This document shows positions 1 through 6,703 of a stretch of DNA of 64,000 nucleotides, piece after piece; positions within the stretch are counted from its first letter, which is position 1; every line of letters starts with the position of its first letter. The notes beneath the pieces are model-generated. The model searched no databases. It was not told where the DNA came from and saw nothing but the letters and a program-made list of their open reading frames with translations. Position numbers and translations under genes: made by a program. The DNA comes from Paludibacteraceae bacterium (GTDB taxonomy: Bacteria; Bacteroidota; Bacteroidia; Bacteroidales; Paludibacteraceae), in NCBI GenBank assembly GCA_045576595.1, contig JAZNGV010000031.1, positions 13,903-77,902 of the forward strand, written 5' to 3'.

Positions 1-364
1 CGAGCCATTTCCCAAATGCCATAAAGCACTCTATGAAATCAACCACAGAAGCCTCTTTGTCTAATTTGTTGATAGTTGCCGATAATTTAGATAGTTGATC
101 GGCAATACCACATACCATTGAAACATCCTCAACCTCTCCAAGTTTTTCGGCAAGTCGGTTAATCGAACGCAACACATTATTTACGACCTCTTTTCTCGTA
201 AGAATTTGTGCGGCGCGTTTTTCGCTCCAATGATTTTCTTTTACCCAACGGCTTACTGTGTTTGCGGACACGCCGACTTTTTCGGCAATGATGTTTTGGG
301 GTGTTCCCTGCATAAAAAGAGCTTCCGCGAACTCTTTAATGTCTGCGTTTGTTTTTGCTGCCAT
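1..364 (-). CDS. HTH DNA-binding protein, small-terminase-like (gpP/Terminase_5-type HTH); C-terminus runs off the window
   Basis: Own reverse-strand translation from ATG (complement of 362-364): MAAKTNADIKEFAEALFMQGTPQNIIAEKVGVSANTVSRWVKENHWSEKRAAQILTRKE... The HTH followed by W..W.ekR resembles phage small terminase / regulatory HTH proteins. Absent from the ORF track because it is truncated. Confidence 0.45.
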   Translation of the reverse strand, partial: MAAKTNADIKEFAEALFMQGTPQNIIAEKVGVSANTVSRWVKENHWSEKRAAQILTRKEVVNNVLRSINRLAEKLGEVEDVSMVCGIADQLSKLSATINKLDKEASVVDFIECFMAFGKWL

Positions 365-499
365 TCATAAGTTAAAATTGTTGTTTCGCGGTGCAAAATT
401 CCTACTTTTTTGCCAAATATGAAAATATAGTGTACAAACCTTACACTCTATTTGCTATACCCGCGAATTTTAACGAATTTTGCACCGCGAAACGAAAAC

Positions 500-571
500 T
501 GCGGGGTGGAGCAGCGGTAGCTCGGCAGGTTCATTCCCTGAAGGTCGCGGGTTCGATTCCCGCCCCCGCCA
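500..571 (+). tRNA. tRNA-Met-like (anticodon CAT), initiator-like acceptor stem, atypical anticodon loop; phage-borne
   Basis: Manual cloverleaf: acceptor 500-506/564-570 with a 1:72 mismatch, D arm GAGC-AGCGGTA-GCTC, anticodon arm GCAGG-TTCATTC-CCTGA (CAT at 532-534), T arm GCGGG-TTCGATT-CCCGC. Close to host tRNA-fMet at 38681-38755. Confidence 0.7.
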
Positions 572-665
572 CAAACCCCTTTTTGCGATTGGGAGGCAGT
601 GAGGCTGCCAAAACACAGGCTAACATTTGGCAGACCTCACGCCATTTTTTCAAAATTCAAAAACA

Positions 666-1619
666 ATGAGTAAAGAAGCAATTATTTCATCAAGCCGTTT
701 GAATTGTTACGGCACGCGTGTCTTGACAGAGGGTGGCGATTTAGAGCAATATCGCAAAAACCCTACATTATTGTATATGCACAGGCGCGGATCGCGTAAT
801 GATATGCCTATTGGTATTATTGAGAATTTGCGTGTAGAGGGAGATTTTATCTATGGTACACCTAAATTCGACACAGATACAGAGGAGGAGAAGATCATTG
901 CAGCTAAATGGGAGCGTGGTACATTGCGAATGCTGTCAGCAGGTATTGAGATTCTTGAATGGTCAGAGGATCCTCAATATCTCGTACAGGGACAGACGCG
1001 CCCAACTATTGTAAAGTGGAAACTTGAAGAGGTTTCGGTTGTTGATATCGGAGCTAATGATGACGCTTTACAACTTGCACAATTATATAAAGACGGTAAA
1101 CCTCTAACCCTTGCGATGGGGGAGGAAAATGAACACCTGCCATTGCTGAACACAAACACCGCTGTATCTATGGAAGATGGAGAAGCGGAAAAAATACAAA
1201 CCAATAAAACAACTTTTCAAATGAACAAAATTTTGCTTAAGCTCGGTTTGCCTACCAATGCTACCGAGGACGCTGTAGTTCAACAGATTGAAGCTCTGAT
1301 GAACGAAAACAAACAGTTGCGACTGGCTGCGATTAATGACGCGGTTGCTGCAGCTATTGCGGAACATCGTATCACAGAAGCGCAAAAAGCGCATTTCGTT
1401 AATCTTGGCGAAAAGGTCGGTATTGAGGAGTTACGCAATACCTTGTCTTGTTTCCAACCCGTAACCAAGCCAACTGACGTGATTCGCCAACGAACTGAAC
1501 ACGCTGAACTCAAGTGGGAGAACTGCACTCCTGAACAATTGGAAAAACTGCGTAATGAAAACCGCCAAGAGTACTGCAAGCTCTATAAAGAGCACTATGG
1601 AGTTGAGGCACAATTCTAA
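666..1619 (+). CDS. Prohead serine protease (HK97/S78-type) with C-terminal coiled-coil scaffold-like domain
   Basis: LLYMHRRGS...IG and GTLRMLSAGIEI motifs fit the caudovirus prohead protease. The C-terminal half is helical and charged (NKILLKLGLPTNATEDAVVQQIEALMNENKQLRLAAI). It lies directly upstream of the capsid gene. Start could also be 627. Confidence 0.7.
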   Translation: MSKEAIISSSRLNCYGTRVLTEGGDLEQYRKNPTLLYMHRRGSRNDMPIGIIENLRVEGDFIYGTPKFDTDTEEEKIIAAKWERGTLRMLSAGIEILEWSEDPQYLVQGQTRPTIVKWKLEEVSVVDIGANDDALQLAQLYKDGKPLTLAMGEENEHLPLLNTNTAVSMEDGEAEKIQTNKTTFQMNKILLKLGLPTNATEDAVVQQIEALMNENKQLRLAAINDAVAAAIAEHRITEAQKAHFVNLGEKVGIEELRNTLSCFQPVTKPTDVIRQRTEHAELKWENCTPEQLEKLRNENRQEYCKLYKEHYGVEAQF

Positions 1620-1649
1620 CAATCAATCAAACAAAACACATTTCAAAAG

Positions 1650-2711
1650 ATGAAACGACTTTTATGTGCCCTTATGGGCGTAATTGTAGCGGTTGCCTTT
1701 AATACCGTTTTTGGCGCAACGGTTGCAACCGTAGTAGGTGTAGCACCTATTGTAGGTGCTGTAGTAACTAATGGTGTAGGTGTTCTATCTACGGTTATCT
1801 CGGATGTGCCTGCAGGATTGCGCGCAGGCGTTTATACCGAAGTCTGGACAGGGGAGTTAATCAAAGCTTTCCGTACAGCAGCAGAGAGTGTAGGATGGTA
1901 TAACCGTATTCGTAGTTATGACGCATATGTAAAACATGATGTAATCCACCTCGTTGATGTTGGTGCAGATCCTACAGTTCTTGTTAATAACAACACATAT
2001 CCGCTGACCGTTGAAGATTTGCCTGATGGTGATAAAGCTGTTACGCTTGATAAATACCAATCCAATCCAACCCGAATTACAGATGATGAATTGCATGCTA
2101 TTTCCTATGATAAAATGAAGAGTGTAATTGATCGTCATAAAGAGTCTTTCTTCGAGGTTAAGTTTGCGCGTGCAATTCACTCGCTCGCTCCAAGTTCTAA
2201 CACAGACAAAACGCCTGTAGTTCTTACGAGCGGTGCAACTGTTAATGGTCGTAAGAAATTGGTACGAGCTGACATTATTGAACTTAAAAGAAAATTTGAT
2301 AATGCGGATATTCCTGATGGAGAGCGTATCTTGGTTTTGTGTCCTGACCATGTCGCAGATTTGCTGGAAATAGATCAGCAGTTCGCTAATCAGTTCTACA
2401 ATGCTCAAACAGGTAAGGTATATAACTTATTGGGCTTTGATGTGTACGAGTACTCAAAGTGTCCGTTCTTTAATCAAAGCACACAGACCAAGGTTGCATT
2501 TGGTGCAGTTCCAACCGATAATGATGTACGAGCTTCTGTAGCATTCACACTTCATCGCGCTATGCGTGCTGATGGTTCTACAAAGGCATATATATCTGAA
2601 GCTGCACAGGATCCTGAAAACCAAGCGAATCTATTCTCTATGCGCACTTATACATTGTGCTTGCCTACCAAAGCAGAGGGACAAGGTGCTATTGTAAGTG
2701 CCAAGGCATAA
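1650..2711 (+). CDS. Major capsid protein (probable)
   Basis: 353-aa ORF immediately after the protease/scaffold gene. Size and position are typical of a major capsid protein. The N-terminus is unusually Gly/Val/Ala-rich and hydrophobic. Confidence 0.6.
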   Translation: MKRLLCALMGVIVAVAFNTVFGATVATVVGVAPIVGAVVTNGVGVLSTVISDVPAGLRAGVYTEVWTGELIKAFRTAAESVGWYNRIRSYDAYVKHDVIHLVDVGADPTVLVNNNTYPLTVEDLPDGDKAVTLDKYQSNPTRITDDELHAISYDKMKSVIDRHKESFFEVKFARAIHSLAPSSNTDKTPVVLTSGATVNGRKKLVRADIIELKRKFDNADIPDGERILVLCPDHVADLLEIDQQFANQFYNAQTGKVYNLLGFDVYEYSKCPFFNQSTQTKVAFGAVPTDNDVRASVAFTLHRAMRADGSTKAYISEAAQDPENQANLFSMRTYTLCLPTKAEGQGAIVSAKA

Positions 2712-2728
2712 GAGTTAATTATCAACAA

Positions 2729-3199
2729 ATGAAAAAGGAGCTCAAATATCTTGTTATTCATTGTACTGCCACGCCTCAAAATCGCGAGGTATCATCCGCC
2801 GATATTCAGGCGTGGCATACCGCTCCTATCTCCAAGGGTGGTAGAGGGTGGAAGCAAGTTGGCTATACAGACCTTTTTCATTTGGATGGAACAATCGAAA
2901 GACTTGTTAATAATAACGAGGACGCGTGGGTTGATACATGGGAGATTACTAATGGAGCAAAAGGTTATAACAGCGTTAGTAGGCATATTGTATATGCAGG
3001 TGGCTGTGATAAACGAATGAATCCAAAAGATACTCGTACAGAAGCTCAATATCAAGCAATGAAAGCTTATGTGTTGGCTTTTCACGAAGAACACCCCAAT
3101 GTTCGTATCGTAGGGCATTGCGAGTTGTCCAATGTAAACAAAGCGTGTCCCTCGTTTGATGTTTCCGATTGGCTAAACGAAATCGGTATTAACCAATAA
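2729..3199 (+). CDS. N-acetylmuramoyl-L-alanine amidase (Amidase_2/PGRP, T7-lysozyme-like endolysin)
   Basis: YLVIHCTATP...GYNSVSRHIVYAGG...VGHCEL...KACPSFD pattern of zinc amidases. ATG at 2729 is chosen over the upstream in-frame 2657, which overlaps the capsid gene. Confidence 0.8.
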   Translation: MKKELKYLVIHCTATPQNREVSSADIQAWHTAPISKGGRGWKQVGYTDLFHLDGTIERLVNNNEDAWVDTWEITNGAKGYNSVSRHIVYAGGCDKRMNPKDTRTEAQYQAMKAYVLAFHEEHPNVRIVGHCELSNVNKACPSFDVSDWLNEIGINQ

Positions 3200-3213
3200 A
3201 ATCAAAACGCAGA

Positions 3214-3702
3214 ATGCAGGAAATATGGCAAATCGTATTGCCTCTCATATCCGCCATTATTACAGCTCCCATATCGGCATGGTTGATGGCAAAATTGCTA
3301 AAATCAAAACATGAAGCTGAAATTGCGAAACTCAAAACAGAGGTAGATCAAATGCGCTCCGATGTACGTTCGCGGGAGTTAGATAATGACCGAAAGGCTA
3401 TTGCAATTTTAATGGAACTGGTCGTAGAACCACTCCGTGTTGATATGACCTCACTGCAAAACACCGTAAAACGACTAACCAATGCTATTAACAAAATTCC
3501 ATATTGCCCTTATTCCGATGATTGTATTGTTGCTCGTGAGTTGCAAAACTCCGCAACAGACGACTGTACAGGATCAACAATCTCTACAAGAAAGCGTAAA
3601 GGAACAAGAGCAACAAATTCACAACCTGCAGCAGCAGATGAATCTGTTACGGTCTCAAATGGATCAACAGAAGACGGAAGCAAATCGCCACATGGAAAGT
3701 AA
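3214..3702 (+). CDS. Membrane protein with N-terminal TM helix and coiled coil (i-spanin-like or holin candidate)
   Basis: IVLPLISAIITAPISAWLMAKLL TM segment, then a charged helical region. It follows the endolysin. The last ~220 nt overlap the next ORF in another frame. Confidence 0.45.
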   Translation: MQEIWQIVLPLISAIITAPISAWLMAKLLKSKHEAEIAKLKTEVDQMRSDVRSRELDNDRKAIAILMELVVEPLRVDMTSLQNTVKRLTNAINKIPYCPYSDDCIVARELQNSATDDCTGSTISTRKRKGTRATNSQPAAADESVTVSNGSTEDGSKSPHGK

Positions 3703-4081
3703 GGCAAATGATGTGTCTGAAACTATTACAGAGGAATTTGACACAACACAACCTGTAGATAGTTCCACAGGAACGCCACCATTGAAAAGTAGGAAGACGG
3801 AAAAACATGATAGAAAGTCGCAAACCACCTCTACAGAAAAAGAGGAAACGCACACAACGCAACAAGCGACTTTCCAGTCTGATCTTCAACAATCGGTAAT
3901 GGATAGTATCACAAATGAAACTGATATTGATCGTGAAAAGGAGATCCAATCAGAAGCTATACAAAAAACAGGTCTTAATTGGTGGCAAACAACACTGTGT
4001 ACTATCGGCGGATTTTGCCTACTGGCACTCCTTGTATGGTTTGCAATCAAGATCATCAAACGCTATGTAAAACCCTTTTAA
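3482..4081 (+). CDS. Lipoprotein with lipobox (LLVSC) and C-terminal TM helix (o-spanin/u-spanin candidate)
   Basis: Signal peptide MLLTKFHIALIPMIVLLLVSC, Q-rich coiled-coil middle, and C-terminal WWQTTLCTIGGFCLLALLVWFAIKII. It starts inside 3214-3702 in the +1 frame. Confidence 0.55.
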   Translation: MLLTKFHIALIPMIVLLLVSCKTPQQTTVQDQQSLQESVKEQEQQIHNLQQQMNLLRSQMDQQKTEANRHMESKANDVSETITEEFDTTQPVDSSTGTPPLKSRKTEKHDRKSQTTSTEKEETHTTQQATFQSDLQQSVMDSITNETDIDREKEIQSEAIQKTGLNWWQTTLCTIGGFCLLALLVWFAIKIIKRYVKPF

Positions 4082-4094
4082 TGCACATTTAATC

Positions 4095-4418
4095 ATGGGA
4101 AAGAAACAAGAAAAGACTGCACAAACGCAGCAAGAAACACCTCAACAAGAAGCTTCACAGCAAGAGGTGTCAAAACAAGAAACTCCTAAGCAAGAGGTAT
4201 CTAAACAGGAAGAAAAAACAGGTGCAGTTACTAAAACAACTGCAATGGCAGCGGCTCAAAAAATTGCTAAAAGCATTTTCAAGGGAAATCCTGCCATGAA
4301 AGAGGTGCATGTTACTTCTGATGGTACAGCATTCTATACGCTCAATGACGCGAAGAATCATGCTCGCACCTTGTCCAACAAGGGAGTAATCACCCTCAAA
4401 CGCAAGGATGTACAATAA
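4095..4418 (+). CDS. Hypothetical phage protein with Q/E/K-rich tandem-repeat N-terminus
   Basis: 107-aa ORF with a repeated QQE(A/V)SKQETPKQEVSKQEE segment followed by a compact C-terminal domain. Lies between the lysis and tail modules. Confidence 0.4.
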   Translation: MGKKQEKTAQTQQETPQQEASQQEVSKQETPKQEVSKQEEKTGAVTKTTAMAAAQKIAKSIFKGNPAMKEVHVTSDGTAFYTLNDAKNHARTLSNKGVITLKRKDVQ

Positions 4419-4435
4419 CAAAAAAACTATCAACA

Positions 4436-5605
4436 ATGCAAAAACTAACTATCCAAAGAACAAATGGTAATGTCCCTCGTGCACTTGCGGGAGAGGATCA
4501 CATTTCGGCTTTGTTGTTTTATCACAACACTCTGCCTGATGGATTTACCACAAATGACCGAATTAAAGCTGTATCAAGTATTGAAACGGCAGAAGGGTTA
4601 GGAATCACAGCAGATTCATCTGATTGGGGAATCCGTGTGTTGCATTACCAATTGACCGAGATTTTTAATCTCAATCCTGCGATTAGTCTGTATGTAGGAA
4701 TTTATTCCCCCGCCTCAGAAACAAGTACCTTTGCAGAAATTAAGAAGATACAGAACTTTGCAGGTGGTAGAATCCGCCAAATAGGCGTATGGAATGGTTC
4801 TGTAGCCATGACCACTACAGATCTTAATAGCTTGCAAAGCATTCGTACAACTCTTGAGCAGCAAAACATGCCATTGTCAATTTGCTATGCTCCAAAAGTG
4901 GGCGATGTTACCCAACTTGCGCAGGACATTGCAGGATCAAACCGCAACGGCGTTTCTGTGATTATCGGACAGGATGGTGCAGGAACAGCAGCAACACTCT
5001 ATGCTGATGAAAGTAATACAAGTAAAGCTTCTGTTACTGCTATTGGTGAGTGGATTGGTATTTGCTCTGCAGCTTCTGTACATGAGAGTATAGCATGGGT
5101 GGAGAAATTCCCAACTAAAATAGCATTGCCAGCTTTTGCTGATGGTACATTGTTACGCGATTTAGATTCGGCTATTATTGAAACGCTTGATACTGCGCGT
5201 TATTTGTTTTTCGTAACTTATGACGGCATTGCAGGTGCATATTTCAATGATTCACACACGATGGATTCTGCAACGAGCGACTATGCGTATATTGAGAATG
5301 TACGCACAATGGACAAAGCTGTGCGTGGTGTCCGCACCTACACATTACCAAAACTTGGTCGCCCTCTCAAAGTAGATGCTACTACAGGTAAATTAGAGAC
5401 CTATGTTGTAGAGGATTTGCAACTCACTGCAAACCGTGCTCTTGAAGCAATGGAGAAAGCGGGAGAGTTGAGCGGGTATTCCGTAGAGATTGATCCTGAT
5501 CAAAATGTGCTTGCCACATCAACCGTGGAAATGGTAATTAAGAATGTCGCTGTCGGAGTTATGCGTCAGTTGAAAATCAAAATTGGCTTTGCACAAAGTG
5601 TATAA
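4436..5605 (+). CDS. Tail sheath protein (probable)
   Basis: 389-aa ORF directly upstream of a ~150-aa tube-like ORF, a chaperone and the tape measure. This is the canonical myovirus order. Confidence 0.6.
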   Translation: MQKLTIQRTNGNVPRALAGEDHISALLFYHNTLPDGFTTNDRIKAVSSIETAEGLGITADSSDWGIRVLHYQLTEIFNLNPAISLYVGIYSPASETSTFAEIKKIQNFAGGRIRQIGVWNGSVAMTTTDLNSLQSIRTTLEQQNMPLSICYAPKVGDVTQLAQDIAGSNRNGVSVIIGQDGAGTAATLYADESNTSKASVTAIGEWIGICSAASVHESIAWVEKFPTKIALPAFADGTLLRDLDSAIIETLDTARYLFFVTYDGIAGAYFNDSHTMDSATSDYAYIENVRTMDKAVRGVRTYTLPKLGRPLKVDATTGKLETYVVEDLQLTANRALEAMEKAGELSGYSVEIDPDQNVLATSTVEMVIKNVAVGVMRQLKIKIGFAQSV

Positions 5606-5624
5606 CCATTAAAATGAAACAACA

Positions 5625-6068
5625 ATGACAGGTGTAAATGATGGAGTACCGTTGATTAACGGTGTTGAGTACAGTTGGGGCGATATTGTAGTAGCCATAA
5701 ATGGAGTTCCTCCTGTTGGTATAACTTCAATCGCTTATGGCGATAGCCAAGATGTACAAAATAATTATGGAGCTGGTCGTCATCCTGTATCGCGAAGCAA
5801 GGGACGTATCACTCCGAGTGCCAAGATTACGCTTTACCAAAGCGAAGTGATTGCGTTGCAAAGTCAGTCCCCAACAGGGCGTTTGCAAGACATCCCTCCT
5901 TTTGACATTACCGTAAGTTATCTGCCAGATAGTGGCATAATCGTTACGGATAAAGTTCGTGATTGTCAGTTCAAAGAGAACAAACGCGATTGGAAAGAGG
6001 GCGATATGTCACAAGAGGTAGAGCTCGAACTTTTACCATCGCACATTGTGTGGGGAAAAACGAAATAA
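5625..6068 (+). CDS. Tail tube protein (probable)
   Basis: 147-aa ORF between the sheath and chaperone genes. A hairpin follows at 6092-6114. Confidence 0.6.
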   Translation: MTGVNDGVPLINGVEYSWGDIVVAINGVPPVGITSIAYGDSQDVQNNYGAGRHPVSRSKGRITPSAKITLYQSEVIALQSQSPTGRLQDIPPFDITVSYLPDSGIIVTDKVRDCQFKENKRDWKEGDMSQEVELELLPSHIVWGKTK

Positions 6069-6091
6069 TCAACAAAAAATGTTTAACCATC

Positions 6092-6114
6092 GGGGCGGGT
6101 AAAACGCCCGCCTC
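6092..6114 (+). terminator. GC-rich hairpin after tube gene (attenuator/terminator candidate)
   Basis: ggggcggg-taaaacg-cccgcctc: 8-bp stem with one G-U pair. The downstream T-tract is weak. Confidence 0.35.
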
Positions 6115-6133
6115 GATATAATTTTGAGCAATT

Positions 6134-6478
6134 ATGAATAACAAGGAAAAAGAGATCAAAGAGATTAACGGTGGTGTTACTGCCGATAACATTCAAACAT
6201 GGAAAAATACGCATGGGCGTATTAGTGAAGTGCGTGTTACTGACCCTGATGTATCAGAGTGTCATGTGGGGTATTTCAAACGCCCTGACATGAAAACAAT
6301 GCAAGCAGTATCTGCCATGAGCAAAACAAACGAAATGAAAGGCGCAGAAGTGATGTTCGATAATTGTTGGCTTGGTGGCTCTCCTGTTATGCAGTCAGAC
6401 GCGATTATTAAAATGCAAGCAATGACTGCAATGGGCAGTTTGTTAGGCTCTTGCATGCATGAGATAAAAAACTTGTAG
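6134..6478 (+). CDS. Tail assembly chaperone (G-like, zero-frame product)
   Basis: 114-aa ORF immediately upstream of the tape measure gene. It ends 6 nt after an A_AAA_AAC slippery heptamer. Confidence 0.65.
   Translation: MNNKEKEIKEINGGVTADNIQTWKNTHGRISEVRVTDPDVSECHVGYFKRPDMKTMQAVSAMSKTNEMKGAEVMFDNCWLGGSPVMQSDAIIKMQAMTAMGSLLGSCMHEIKNL
6466..6472 (+). promoter_or_regulatory. Programmed -1 ribosomal frameshift slippery site A_AAA_AAC
   Basis: Zero frame reads ata aaa aac ttg tag. The -1 frame reads aaa aaa ctt gta gag... and stays open for 74 more codons to TGA 6694-6696. Confidence 0.65.
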
Positions 6479-6696
6479 AGGCATACGCCCTTTGTAATGA
6501 AGAAACCGACAAGGATATACAATCATTTGCAAAGGGGTGTGCCTTAATTCGGGCTAATTTTCACATTGATCCAACATCATTATCGGATGAAGAATGGGCA
6601 ATGTTCTTTCAGCAAGCTGTTTGGTTGGAGGGATTCCGACTGAAAAAGCAAATGGAAATACTAACAAATATTCTACCTACAAAGGACGGTAAATGA
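6472..6696 (+). CDS. -1 frame extension of tail assembly chaperone (GT-like fusion C-terminus)
   Basis: Own translation: LVEAYALCNEETDKDIQSFAKGCALIRANFHIDPTSLSDEEWAMFFQQAVWLEGFRLKKQMEILTNILPTKDGK. It is protein-like, has no ATG of its own, and fills the otherwise empty 6478-6704 gap. Confidence 0.6.
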   Translation, partial: LVEAYALCNEETDKDIQSFAKGCALIRANFHIDPTSLSDEEWAMFFQQAVWLEGFRLKKQMEILTNILPTKDGK

Positions 6697-6703
6697 CCAC
6701 ATT

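Noticed and set aside
500-571. The tRNA-Met-like gene as the prophage attachment site
   Set aside because: Phage-type genes lie on both sides. No duplicate of its 3' half was found between 19800 and 20630. The left phage end is outside the window, so this cannot be fully excluded.
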